DNA of 64,000 nt from positions 710,365 to 774,364 of the forward strand of contig NW_003314319.1 of NCBI RefSeq assembly GCF_000143415.4, in the 5' to 3' direction. The translations under genes and the position numbers were made by a program. This document shows, in pieces, positions 1-12,904 of this stretch. This DNA is from Selaginella moellendorffii (Eukaryota > Plantae > Lycopodiophyta). Below the pieces are notes generated by a model that saw only the letters and a program-made list of their open reading frames with translations, was not told the origin of the DNA and ran no database searches. Every line of letters starts with the position of its first letter. The first letter of the stretch is position 1.

Positions 1-3000
1 GAAATACTCCCGGACAATTTTTTCGATAGTCTCAAAAGCCAGAAGCACCATACTCTTGTGCTCGTCTGTAGCTGCCGTGGTAAACACCTAGAAAATGACA
101 GTCAGCTTGTGCATGCGAGCTATGAGAAAAACTTACCATGAACATAATCTTCCAGCCGGACTTCACGTTTTTAACGCGCGCAAAAACCATTTGCGACACG
201 CAGCGAATCACCAGCTCCCGAATTTCAACAGAATTACTCTTCCGCATAACCACAACAAAAGGTTTCAGGAACTGGTTCTGGAAGTTGTAATTTGCCAGCT
301 CTTCACGTTCCAGAAACTTCATTGCCAGTTGACGCAATGAATCCATTGCATACATTGCAATGGACAAGTTGTCAGAACACCCAACCGTGACGAAGTAGTC
401 GGAGAGAACGTTCCAGATTCGCGACCAAACGAGTCTGATGCGGTTCATGTTGAAATGCCTGCAAAAAGCGTAATTTAGAAAATTGAGACCAGAAAGAAGC
501 CACAGATTACTTACGATATTTCAACAATTTTGGTGAGGCTGAATACCCGAGGATCAGTTGGAGATCGTAGCTCCTCCATCGAAACTTTACAAAGCGCTTT
601 TACAAAATCCACAATTGCCTCGCCGTTCAATCGGTCGCTGCGGGTAAATATCTTGTTCATCTCGAAGCTGCCAATCTGCTCCAGCATGTTGAGATTCGAA
701 ACCAAGTTGTTCATCTGCTCAGCAGTAACCGACCCAGCCGAATTTCCTCCAACTCCAGCACTTTCATACGATCCTCTTCTTGCGGCAGCAGCAGCATATT
801 GCATTCGTCCAGGCCATTTCCGCTTAAGCACAGGAAGGACAGGCGATTTCAGCTGCATTGTTTTATCGGAGTCGGACTGCGGGGCGGCGAAAAAGGTGGC
901 ATCAGGAGGAGCGCCTTCACCAATAAGATGGAGATGCTCAAAGCGAGAAACACACGTCAGGACGTGCTCCCAGGCTTCCTGTAGATAGTTTCCATCTTCA
1001 TCGGCAATGGATATCACCGCCTGCAGCATGGAATTACATTATGAGTATGAAAAGAGGAGAAAGAAAAAATACCTTAATAGAGTCTATGTTCTTCTGTTTT
1101 ATATCAGCGGGCGAATGAAGATATGTGAATTTCGCTAGCGAAGTCACGAATGCGTCGCGCTCTGTCCGCATAGACATAATAGAAGTAACGCGGATTGCGT
1201 ATCGAAATCCCTCGAGACACTGAAAAGTGATAACTTCGTCTTCACTCTTCTCCAGTGGAACACTGAAGGCTGCAAGCATTGGAGCCCATGTAACTTCGAC
1301 CATGGGCCTTAAGATCTCGACATCAGACGGTGAGTAATAGACAGAGCTGCAAGAACGTTCAAATAAGTTCTCAGAAATATAAGAAATAGAAATGCTCTTA
1401 CCCCGATTTGCCAGCCTTCTCTTTCAGCTGCTGTTGCATGTTCTTTATAATATCATCGCTCGTTTCCTGCAGTCTGTCTTCCTTGGGCCTACGAATAACG
1501 ATGTTCAAAATACTCTCGATGCCGAGTATCCTGTTTGTAGGCTTGTTTGTTGGGACAAGACTGTCGGCCTTCATCTTTATCTCGCACTTAACAATACGAT
1601 CGTATAAAGCACTCATAAACTCCTCGGGTAGATCATTTCCATCGTCAATTCCCCGATTGTTCTTCATAAACTCCGCTTTTGTCATCTGCAGTTAACCGTT
1701 GGCAGAAGTAAAAGGAAAACAGTATACTTACTTTGGATTTAACCATCGGATTGTGTGCGTCAGTGTTCAGCAGAATAACAGAGTATGCAAGCACGTAGGC
1801 GGTATCCGCACTGGTAAAGGCCTTGGGATTACATTTGCAGTATCGCTCTGCAAACTTCTCCATGATACGATCAATTTTTTGTGCTTCTCCTGGAAGTCTG
1901 AATCCTTGCAAAAAGATTCTGATGGCCTCGTCAAACTCCATTCCTTGGAAATTGAAGGAGTCAACGTAGGCATGCATAACCTTTAGAGGCAGCTCGTCAT
2001 TTTCGCCCAGATAGTCTCCGATAACAGTCTTGTCCAGGCCGGTTGAACTTAATAAAAATCCTGCTATCTCCTTCGGCGAATCGCCGATCTTTTTGGCATT
2101 AATCAGGAACTGAATGCCTTTGCTAGGCTTCCGATTGAAAAGGGAAATGCCTTCCTGCAGTTTTCTAGCGTGAGAATATGATAAGAAGCATAGAACTTCA
2201 GTACCTGAAACTCCAACTTGTAAGCACGCCGTTGCTCAAAAGTTGCCACTTCAGACGTTTCTGAAGAGATTTCGGAGACGCGAGACTCAGCACCATCGCC
2301 ATTTTCCTCAAAACCATTGTGACCAACGGAATTAGATTCACTGGTGCTGTCAGTTTGATCCAAACTTCTCAGGTAGGCTGCATCTGACAACCTAAGCTGC
2401 CTGTTGGCCCAGTCCCCCATCGATCGTAGCACGCCAACAAGAGATTTCATTGCAGCAAGCTTCATAGCGGCATCTTGGATAGGAGTCAAACTGCTCTCCA
2501 CGCCCGGAGGTACACCTTGAGCAGTTTTAAGTAGTCCATTTACCAGCCTAGAAAATAGCAAATTATCAGCGAAGAACTTGAATTCAATCGAGGCATACCT
2601 TTCAAAAATGTTGTGGGAATCGACGTCGCAGTCATAGTTAACGAACAGGTCGACGAGAACTTGCGGGTCCACGCAAAGCTTATCTAGGAACCGAATGACT
2701 ATCATCTTCTGCTGGTAGTTTGGTTGAGCCACGTTCTCGAGCACTCTAAGAACGATCGGCGGAAAAAAAACACCCACTTCAGCCTTGAGTCCTGCTCTGA
2801 ATCTCAAAAGCAGACTCATAAAGATCGAGCAGGATAGTTGGAAAATATTCATCAGCTGTATACCACTGTTTCTCAGAAGTGACAAACAGAGGTATTGCCG
2901 TATGGCGCCGACAAACCTGCATTTCCAGCAACCAAAGCGTCAATCGTGAGGAACTCAAAGAGAAAGAGAGAAAACGCCATACCTGTCGCTTGTACGGAAA

Positions 3001-4232
3001 ACCGCACCAGCGTTCTCCAGCAGCAGCTTCAGAAGCTCCAGTGCTAAAATCTTGCCACGCAACGAGACATTATCCATGGCTTCCTGAGGAGCAACCTTCA
3101 TGGAAAGTTTGCAAAGGGCCCGGAACACGAGGAACGCATCTCGCCTCAGCTTGTTCGTTATTTGCACGTCCAAGTCCCCGTCCTTGTCCAAATCCGCGTC
3201 CGCAAACTCCCCCCTTTTCCCCTCGAGAGCGTTCTTGTACATGCTAACTTCCCAGTACTTCGCGTCGAGCATGTCCCTGTCGGTCGACTCCAGAAAATCA
3301 GAGCTGCCGCTATTCTCCGTGGCTGCCGTGGACTCGAAAGCACCGTCGTGCTTCAGAGACTTGAACGACGTAGCGGGACTCAAGGCCACCTCGATGTCTT
3401 GCACCACCTTGGTGATAAAGCTCTGGACAAACTGCGTTGTGTTGGTGTCGGAAGAAGACCTCTCGGCTGGCTCCATGAGATCCGTCACAACAATGGGCTG
3501 GACGGGCACCGTGGACGAATCCGCCTCCATCCTCCTAAACACGATCACCAGCATCTGTGTGAGCGACGCCTTGGCCGTGGTCTGGTTTACTGGTGCCTTG
3601 CTCCCGAGGAAAACGTTGTAGCACGTCCGGACGGCCTTGAGCAAGCAGTCTCCATGGACTCGCAAAGTGGTCGAGGTCACAGCCGTGAGCAGCGTCTTGA
3701 GAACCAGGAGCTCGATCTGCTCGTCACCCAGCTCGTGACACTTGCAGACGTTGTCCATCATCTGGACGAGCACCAAAAACTCAGATCCACTCTCGGCATC
3801 CACCTCTCCCCGCAAGTGGCCGTGAGCGATGAGCTTCTGGATGCAATCCAGCGCTGGATCTGCCAACTTGGCCGACTGGCTGTCGCAGGCAGTGACGAGA
3901 GGCTGTAGAATGAGCTCGGCGGAGCTGGCATTGTAGCACACTGGCCCGTCGAAGAGGAAGCTCTCGAAAGCCCTGGCGTGGAACTTGGAGGATTCCAATC
4001 CCGCGGCGGCGGCGGCAGCTGCGGCGGCAGCTGCAGTGGAATTGCCATTCTCCTTGGCGCTGGGAGCATTGAGGCGCTCCTGCGCGGCCTTGCATTCCTG
4101 GACGAGCTTGCCGTGCCCACGCCACGACGTGTTCTTGACGATCCGGTCCAGCGCCGCGCCGATGAGCTTGGGGAGCCCTAGCCGCGGCTCCGCCACTGCA
4201 TCTGTCGCCTCAGAATCCGCAGCTTCCCCCAT
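1..4232 (-). CDS. BIG: BIG-type (brefeldin A-inhibited) Sec7 ARF guanine-nucleotide exchange factor; multi-exon, 3' part runs off the window start
   Basis: ATG at 4232. The DCB/HUS region includes 'VNYDCD'. The Sec7 catalytic segment reads '[21 protein letters not shown]...[20 protein letters not shown]'. The downstream HDS region reads '[29 protein letters not shown]'. ORF pieces are separated by short GT-AG introns. Confidence 0.95.
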
Positions 4233-5347
4233 GGCTGATAGAAATCCCCTGCGATCTAAACCCTAGCCATCGCTTACATGGAGGATCTGGTAGATCTGTG
4301 GCGCGCCATCACACAGCTCCGCCCTAGCTTCCCATCGCTCCCCGCCTACCACTTAGACGGAATATGCAATTGCTGGAGAAATAGAATTTAGATGTAAAGG
4401 TTTTTAATTCACTGATAGTAAAATGCTATGGCTTCCATTCTCCAGTTCGCTTCATCCTACTTTGCAAGAGCAAGTGCGATTCATCCTACTCAGTGCTTCT
4501 TCATGTTGTCCGCGCGCTCCACGTTCATTATCAGCTCTAGTCCACGATTTAAGTTTGCTATTTTCCTGACGAAATACCTAAAATTTGAAAATTGCGTAAA
4601 GCCCCTATTTGCAAATATGCCGAAGTTTTAGAATTTTGCCTGTTTTTTCTATGAAAGCTAATAAAAAAGGGTTCTGATATGACATCGTATAGAATGCTCT
4701 TGGGGTGTTTGCACAGCAAATCTATCCAGAATTTCGATAGCAATTCCTTTACCGCACCCAGCCCACTGCGAGGAGCACATTCTAAAACTTTCTGTGATTG
4801 CATCACAGGCATTGGATCCAGCAATTAAGAACTCCCTGGTTCGATGGCCACACAGCAGTGTCCTCTCAAGCAAGGCCAATTGTTTCTCTACAACTTAATT
4901 GTCTTACCCATTCAAGACCCCCTACGAAGAGCTTCGAAAGCTTATCGAATAGCCCAGTTTAAGTGTCATCCACGACACACTGCTGTGCTTCTCCATTGGG
5001 TTGAAAACCCGGCGGGCATCAAGAATTGCCATTATACCGCTCCATGGTGAGGAGGTTGAAAGAACATCATCGACTTCGCAGTGATTGATGGCGATACTCC
5101 TCCCGCTGGTAACCACAGTGGCACCGGCCGCAGTAGTGATCGAGGTGATGAGGAGGGTGGCAATGAGTTTTCTTGGGAGTCGCTTTGTTAGCAAGGATGA
5201 AAAGAGAGAGTTGGAGCTCTCTTCCTTGGCTTGGAAGTGATCTTGGTACATTTGGATAAATGGCCAAAGACTCTTCAAAGATTGGATAAGATTACCATAA
5301 CAGTTTTATGCCTTTGCAAAAGCTTACATGGTACTTTCCTCTTTCAA

Positions 5348-7088
5348 TCAACGAGAAGGCCTTGCACAAAACAAAAACCTGGGAAAGTTTGTTGTAACAT
5401 CTAGCTTCACAGACAACCAACCACTCTTATCGTCATCAATCTTTTCCAATTGCTCAGTACTCCACTTCTTTTCCTGCAGCAAGAACTGCACTAACCAGCT
5501 CTTGATAAGCAGATACTTTGCATTCTCCAACTTGATAGTAGATTTGACTTCTTCAAGATCATATGGCCCCACAACAAAGTAAACGTAGTGCATCTCACTG
5601 CCATAAAGAAGTCTGTACCTATCCGACTTGCTAATGTGATCTGCAATAAACTTCTTACTTCCCAGGCACTGAATCTTGAAGCCTTTGGAAGGCCAACCCC
5701 CATTTTTTACGAGAAAATCCACATGTGCCCTTCTTTGGCCATATTTATTCTGCTGCTTCGCTTCCACCGAAATGGTATACTTACATTTTGTGAAGGCGTT
5801 GTCCAATACAAACTTCAGCGCCAATAAGAATTCGCTTCGCAAGATGCACTTCAATAGATGACCATTACTGTTCATGACTTCTAGTCCCATCAAACAATCT
5901 GGCTTCATGTAGGTAAAAGCCAACTGAACAGCCTCGTTGAAGAAATCAGCTTCACAGGGCAGTGTTTCCAAAGCAAGCGAGCAATCCTCAAGGATAGCAC
6001 TCAATAACAAGCTGGGGCTGAGCCCCATGCAGTCTCCAGAGACTTGCAGCACCCCGTCATCAATAGCAGGTCGAAGAGGCCACAAGCCTCTTACAAAGGT
6101 AGAGCCTGATCCAGATTGCACGCACTCTAGAATGACTTGCTTGGTACCCTCGCTGTAGCTGGAGATGTTTGAAAGTGTGTGGCGATACAGCTTCGAGTAG
6201 AAAATGTATCTGGAGACATGCCCCAAGTCTGACATGGCGATCCCACTCTTCAGCCGTCAAGATACCGTTGCATGTGAGATACTCGCAGCAGCTAACTGTC
6301 ATCCCCTTGTGACCACCCGTTAGTCCCAGGATCGACTTGCTGACCCCCCCGACTGCCCCGTCTGGAGAGGTGAGTTTGGAGCTGAAGGATACGTGATACT
6401 CCTGAGAGTACTCGAGTAGCATGTACTGGACGTCCTCGATCCCAAGACAACCGGCCGACCTGACCATCTCCAAGGCAAGGGGAGATCTGCTTCTTGCCAG
6501 CTGCCCGGCTCACACCAGGAGGTCGCGGAGCTGCGGTCGACCCACCAGCACAAAGCTGCTAAGGTACCTTGCCACGGACCCTTCCTTGCATATCCTCAAC
6601 TCGGCCAGTAATGTGTTTAACACAGAGCTCCTTATCTTAAGCCTCGTCGATAAACCAGATAAGTTCCCTTCCATCTGTAGTCGAGCTGAGCGTCTGCAAG
6701 AGGCCCCTCAAGCCTCCATGGGGCAAGCGACGCAATCCTCCACGGCTGTTATCGACCAGATCCTCCGTCAAGATGTCGAAGAACTCATTGGCAGCGTCCC
6801 TGTCCGATTTGGTGGTGTCGCAGGCGGCAGCAGCAGCGACTATGGGCTGGGTGATAGAGGTGACGACGGGCAAGAATCCCTTGTCCAAGGCCGCGCTAGC
6901 TAGAGCGTACACAAGCGACGACTTTTACCCGACTGCCATGGCCCAGTGGTGAGGAAGTACTTATAGCTGGTGATCTCGGTCACCAGGTCTGGCCACTGTA
7001 CGTAGAAATGGACGGATCTACCCGCCAAAAAGATGCATGCTGCTTGTTTTGATTTAGGGCAAAGTAGATATGCGCTTTTATTATACAT
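5348..7088 (-). pseudogene. Degenerate P-loop NTPase + PD-(D/E)xK-like nuclease gene (Crinkler/CR-NTPase-REase or STAND-like architecture)
   Basis: Successive minus-strand frames give Walker A 'FLTTGPWQSGKS', Walker B 'LIWFIDEA', 'SFVLVG' and 'LTGGHKG'. These are followed by a C-terminal 'SEFLLALK...ISVEAK...RAHVDFLVKNGG...GFKI...DHISKSDRY'. Several frameshifts and stops separate the pieces. Confidence 0.6.
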
Positions 7089-7464
7089 TTAAACCAGATC
7101 AAAGGTGCCAGTACGGTTAAAACCGCAATATACGCTATTACTATTAATCGAACTCAAAGAAGTCATGTTGCAGCTGCTCGTGATCTTCCTTGATGAAAAC
7201 TAGATCTCTCTCGGTTGGCAACTTTCACTGTCAGAAATGGCACCTTCAGTGTTGTTTTGTAAAGCTCTGGACAAACTGCACCGTGTTGGTGTTGTGTCCA
7301 GTTCTCGGTGAATAGATACTCAAAGAGATGCCGAAAACCAATGGTATGGTACCTCAATAGAGTTGAAAAAGCCTCGACTCTCAATAGTTCCTGTAACAAT
7401 CATTTTTAAGCCATCTGAAAAAAAGAAAGAGAACTTTACCACACGTTTATTATATCTTTTCCTT

Positions 7465-9959
7465 CTAGTGGATGCTGTGATGAATGCCGTAGAAAATGTA
7501 GACGAGGCCGCCCAAGACAAGCCATACTGAAACTCGAATCCATGTCGCTGCACTGATCACTCGACAAAGAAAGAATTCCAATTGTATAGCAACTTCAATC
7601 CCATACCCCACATTGACGAGGAGGTAGACGTTGACAAAAACAGACGCGGCTGGCAGCCAAGGAACAAGCGGGCAGTGAAATCCTGAAGGACACCACATGC
7701 TGTTAGTTCTATCTAGAAATTCGTAGCGTACCTCCAGGATTTCCAAAAGTTCGGTGAGATTCGTCTTGTTTAGTCATGGAGAGGACGATTACTCCGCCAG
7801 CGAAAAGTAAACCTCCAATCGTCCCACCAATAATTTGCAGCCAGCTGAAGCGAGCACTCGAATTTGTTCATATGTAAGCAAAAAAGAAAGCTTACCGAGG
7901 AAAAATGGCCATAGATAAGAATAGGCTGAGGATGAGACTTCCGAGCACAAATATACAAATGCTCCATCCGGCCACTCCTTGTTTACCTTTGGTCGCTACA
8001 TACAAAAGAAAGATTTTTGTAAATGGAATTGATTGATTTGAGCTTACCATAGATTTCTTCAGTGTCAAGCAATGGATTTTTCAGATCGATAGAACAACCC
8101 TCAGGTGCGTCATTTTCTTCCGGCTCTTCTCGTTCTTCGTTCTCATTGGAGATGTCCACGTCATTTGAGGTGGTCGGCGGAGTGTTCGTTGTTTCTACAG
8201 AAATGGATACTGGAAGGTGGACCGCTGAGTGAGGCGGTGAGTACCTTATGATGAGCACGCAAAGTGCTACAGAAGTAAACGCCATTAGTGTTCCAACACT
8301 CACCTATAGCAACACAATTATAAGCGACGAAGATATTAGAACTTTACCATTTCGGATAGTTGACTGATGTCCATAAACACAGAAACAAACACCGCTATCG
8401 TCCCCGTTGTTACAGCGCCATTAACAGGTACCAAGGTAGATTTGTGAATAATACTGAAGAACTGGGGCAGCAAACCATCTCTTGACATTGCCATGAGTAT
8501 GCGGGGCTGGATATATAAGGAACAACAGTCTATCACGAAAAACAAAGCTAACCACAAACCTGTGGCAAGGAACAGCCCAGTAGCGTCGTGAGCATGGCAG
8601 TCAAGGCTCCAAGCGCTACGATATACCTGTACAAATAGTTTGTGCCAGAAAAACATGTGAGCATGTACTTACGTAGCCCAAGGCAGTCCGTTTTGCGAAA
8701 ACGCAGTCGATATGGGAGTATCTGTGTTGAGTAAGAAGTAAGGGACAATGCCAACGACTACAGCTGAAACGGACATGTACAAGCTCGCGCATACTAGCAA
8801 AGCAAGCCCGATTCCAATTGGAAGATCAACATGTGGGTTTTTAACCTGGCAAAGTTCACAATATCAAAGAAACTCATAACTGCAGAAATCAAGTTATACC
8901 TCCTCGGCCGTAGTGGCAACAGCATCAAATCCAACATACGAAAAAAACAGCATAGCTGCACCTCCAAGCACGCCGCTAACACCAAAAGGTGTGTACCTGG
9001 TCCATGAAACAAGATTGTAAAAAAGCTCAGCGTAGACATGCATACCCGGTTTTCAACTCGTATCCTCTCCATCCTTCTTTGATCCCGATCCACAACCCCA
9101 CGACATCCACGAACAAGAGCACAAGAACGAGAATGACCGTCATGACGACTTGTACCGCTGCACTCTTTAGAAAAGCGAAACCACAACGTCAGTAGCGCGC
9201 CACTGGAAGAATTACCTGCTTTATCCCCGTGCACAGCAAGATCGTTACCATGACGATCAAGAACCCCGCAAACGGATCAGCCAAGATCCCGGTACCAGGA
9301 ATGTTCCTTCGTACTAGCCAGAAAGGCAAATCCTCTCCGAAGAACAATGCCTAGCAGGACAGTCAGTCAGCAAAAAAGAAAACTCTCACAGTCTTACCAG
9401 ATTCGGACTAACTCCACGAGCAACCGTGGCACCGCTCACAGTATACTCCAGTATGAGAGACCATCCGACGAACCATGCCAATCTACAAAACAAGGTTCCA
9501 AATTTAAACTCATCGTCCATAGAAAGAAAGTGAGATACAGATGCAAAGAAGCATTGCTTCTTTGCTTACCCTTCTCCTAGGCATGTGTATGCGTAATGGT
9601 AAGCACTACCAGCAGAGGGCAATCGGCTCGCGAGCTCCGCATAGCTGAAAGCCGATAGCGCCGCGGCGACACCGGCAATAGCGAATGACAGTGGCAGCGC
9701 CGGCCCCGTCCTCTCCTTGGCCACCGTACCAATCAGAATGAAAATGCCAGCGCCGATCGTCGTCCCAATCCCTGCAATCTCCAATCCAGATCGAAATCCA
9801 CCGGATCCAAATCTTACCGATTGCCAGCAGCTGCGGCACGCGCAATTCCCTGGACAGCTGCGCCGGCGCTGGGCTATCCTGATGATCCGGCCGTGAAATC
9901 CCCAGCTGCTTCTTGCGCGCGAGCCGGTCGAATCCGGCGGACCGGACCAGGGACCCCAT
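7465..9959 (-). CDS. Cationic amino acid transporter (APC family, CAT2/3/4-like), multi-exon
   Basis: Motifs include '[34 protein letters not shown]...[19 protein letters not shown]', '[14 protein letters not shown]', '[21 protein letters not shown]' and the C-terminal 'YIFYGIHHS'. Confidence 0.93.
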
Positions 9960-10122
9960 TATTTGCCACACGACGGATTAAACCCTAGAAACTCTTAAGA
10001 AAGATGCCGCCACGTCATCCACTTCGCGCGCAAGAGCCCTAAATTTTAAATTAGAATGGATTTTTCGCCTATCACAATATCATGGTAGAACCACCCCTCA
10101 CTTATTCACACAAGACCACCCC

Positions 10123-12323
10123 TCACGAGCTTTGCATCTTCGCCTTGAGCGACTCGAGCGCCTTCTTTCGCAGATCGTCCTCGAGCTTCTTCTGCTCGAC
10201 ATCACTCTCGGCAGGGCCTCTGGCGGACGCGGAGCTCACGGCGGCGGTAGCAGCGGCGGCCTTGAGCGATCGCTTCTCCTCCTTCCTCTTCCTCTTCTCC
10301 TCCCGCCGCCGCTGCTTCTCCTCCTTCCTCAATCGCTTCTCCTCCCTCCGCCGCCGCTTCGCCTCTCGCTTCTCCTCGCTCAGCGGGCTCGTGTCGTCGT
10401 CGTCCACCTTGGAGCGATTCGGGCTCGCCGCCTCCATGGAGTCTGTGTCATTGCTCGGGCGAGAAGGCTTTTTCACTTCTCCCGTCGTGCTCGAATCCAC
10501 GACGTGGACTCTCTCGGGTGATGGCGAACGATTCCGCTTCAGAGCTTGGCCCTTGTCTTGTGCTGCTTCCTGATTCTTGCCGTTGCTCTGATCGTGCATA
10601 CTGCAACGACACAACCATCAGTCGTGATCTAGGCTAAACATCCAAGCTCTCTCTACCTTTCAGCGGACTCTCCCTTGCTCCGACTCTTTCCGGAGTTCCT
10701 GTGTTTTCACAGAAAAAGTTTCGTCACCTTTCAAACAAAACTTAAAATGCCAACCTCTCTTCTCCTGCGGGAGACTTCTCGCGAGCCGGAGATTTTTCTG
10801 GCGCCGGAGACGGTGAAGACTTTGAGGGCGAAGATGATGGCGACTTGCTGCGCTTGGGAGAGCGTGGATGCGAACGCGACCGCATGCGGCCGGGTGATCT
10901 CGACGGTGGCCTGCGACGAGGTGAATGTCCACGCCGAGGAGGGGACCTCGGTCGCCTGCGAGGTGAATGCCTTCGTCTGGGAGGAGGAGAGCGTGACTTT
11001 CTGTGGTGCCTTGGGGACAGTGGCGAACGGGACCGAGAAGAACGTCCACGCCGAGGTGAACGCCGCCTTGGGGACCGTGACCGAGAAGGACGTCTTTTTA
11101 GGGGCGAGTGTCTGAGCCTTGATGGAGAACGGGACGGTCGGTGTCTCCCTGGAGATGGCCTGCGTCTTCTAGGTGGCGACCGCCGCCGTGGTGGTGATGG
11201 AGAGCGCCTATGCCTGGGAGGTGGTGACCTGCGAGGTCTCGGAGGACGTCGGTGACCAGGAGAACTGCCAAGTTACGGAAGTGAGAGAGAACTCCACAAG
11301 TCCAAAAAACTAAAACTAGCATACCGTGAACGGCTTCGAGAAGGAGAGCGATCTCTTGACCGCCTTCGCGGTAATGCTTCAGGCGCGTTTCGATCTCGGT
11401 TGGGCTCTGCTGGCTTTGACGCAACCACAAGAGCTCCGCCCGCAACACCATCAATTACAGCCTATACATTACCACCACATTCAAAACGCCTGAGGGATAC
11501 AAACAGAGAACGAAATGAACTCACAAGTTTGTTTTGTTGCAAAGAGTCGTTTTTTTCCTTCTCCCGCTCCGTCGTTTGACGAACCGCCGCCAAAATCCTT
11601 TGCTCTTCAGCCTGCATCGGCAAGGGATTAGATATGTTGCTCTACTTTCCTGTAGACAAACGCAAACCGGAAGATAAGAGAACTGCTAGACAGAAAGACC
11701 AGATCGAACGCCTACTTACCTTTTTGAGTTGAGTCTCGAGCGCCTTCTTGTCCAGCAGCGCTTGAGGAATACCGCTCGCGTTGCTCTGTGCGCTGGCAAG
11801 AAGTCCCCAAAGCTCTTTCATGAATCGACCAGTGTTCTTCTCCATGAACCCCGTAAGCTGGATTTGAATGTGCTTGCCATCACCCACCTTGAAAAGAAAG
11901 AACGATATGAAAATCAAGCCACAAGTTCTCCAAAACTCCATACCTTGACGTCCAGAAGACCATAAATAAAATTAATCAGCACTTCATCCTCGAATCCCAG
12001 AAGCTCAGTGACCCGCGTCGCAATCCACGGTCGCATCACATCCATATTCACCTTCGACATGTCGATCTGTCCGAGAAGGAAAAAAAAACTTCGCCTCAGC
12101 TAATCGCTACAAGGAATCCAATTGCTTACCGGCTGGTCCAGCTCCGACGCAAACTTCTGCGTCTTAAGCAGCTTGGCCATTTTGTTGGAGAATCGAGTGT
12201 CCTGCTCCGTGGACGTGCCCTGCATTGACAAAATCTCCGTGAAGAAGAGAGCGAGAGCGAGAGCCAGGTGAGAGAGAGAGGCGCCGCGAAGAAATCACTC
12301 ACCCGGAAGAAGCCGCCCGACAT
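10123..12323 (-). CDS. SRRM1: Serine/arginine repetitive matrix protein 1-like splicing coactivator (PWI domain + RS/SP repeats)
   Basis: The spliced N-terminus reads 'MSGGFFRGTSTEQDTRFSNKMAKLLKTQKF'. The PWI domain includes 'LLGFEDEVLINFI...IQIQLTGFMEKNTGRFMKELWGLL'. A long RSPSP-rich exon follows, and the C-terminus reads 'KKLEDDLRKKALESLKAK'. Confidence 0.92.
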
Positions 12324-12460
12324 CGCGGCTTACGCCCTCACTCCGCCCCTAGGGTTAAAACGACCAAACCCGTACGGTAAACCTTTCCCTGTACGGGACT
12401 CGCGCGGTCAGGGTTCGAATCCAAAGGCAGCCATCGCGAAAAATATCTGGCGGCCACGCT

Positions 12461-12480
12461 AAACCCTAAACCCTAAACCC
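12461..12480. promoter_or_regulatory. Telo-box cluster (AAACCCT repeats) in the divergent SRRM1 / EPL promoter region
   Basis: The sequence 'aaaccctaaaccctaaaccc' lies here. Single AAACCCTA/TAGGGTTT motifs also lie just 5' of other genes (about 4258, 9981, 16675 and 18982). Confidence 0.55.
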
Positions 12481-12904
12481 CTGGTAACTGAAACATAAAA
12501 TACTCTTTGCAGCAAATATCTTCGGGGCGGGGCCCGCCGTTTTACCGCGGGTGAATGCAAGCATGGCACTGCGAACAAGAGGTAGATGGGTGTTTATCCT
12601 CGCGGGTTTTACCGGATGGTAAAAAGAGATAGTGGAAAAAAGAAAAAAGAAAAAAATTCGAGCGTATACATTTCTGGATGAGAGGTTTTGGCGAGGAAAA
12701 TCTGCGAACCCTAGACTAGGGCTTTAGCTCCGCGCGATGAATGCTGCTCCAGTCCATCGTCCCGCTGTGGAAATCCCTCGGAATTTCCAGTCCAGCGCGT
12801 GACGAATCTCCAGCGGCGCGAGCGATAGAATTTTTTTTTTCTTGTGATTTGCATTACTTCGCCAGGGGAATGAGCTCTGGGGTGTTGCGCTGCTGAGGAG
12901 GACG

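Noticed and set aside
4003-4035. GCN triplet run in BIG exon 1
   Set aside because: It is an ordinary poly-Ala tract in a variable loop.
10082-11454. Long plus-strand and alternative-frame ORFs over SRRM1, and similar ones over BIG, EPL, RPA49, HMA and the NLRs
   Set aside because: These are shadow ORFs of GC-rich or low-complexity coding sequence, with no recognisable motifs.
12461-12480. Telomere or chromosome-fusion scar
   Set aside because: There are fewer than three units, lying in a promoter, which is typical of a telo-box.
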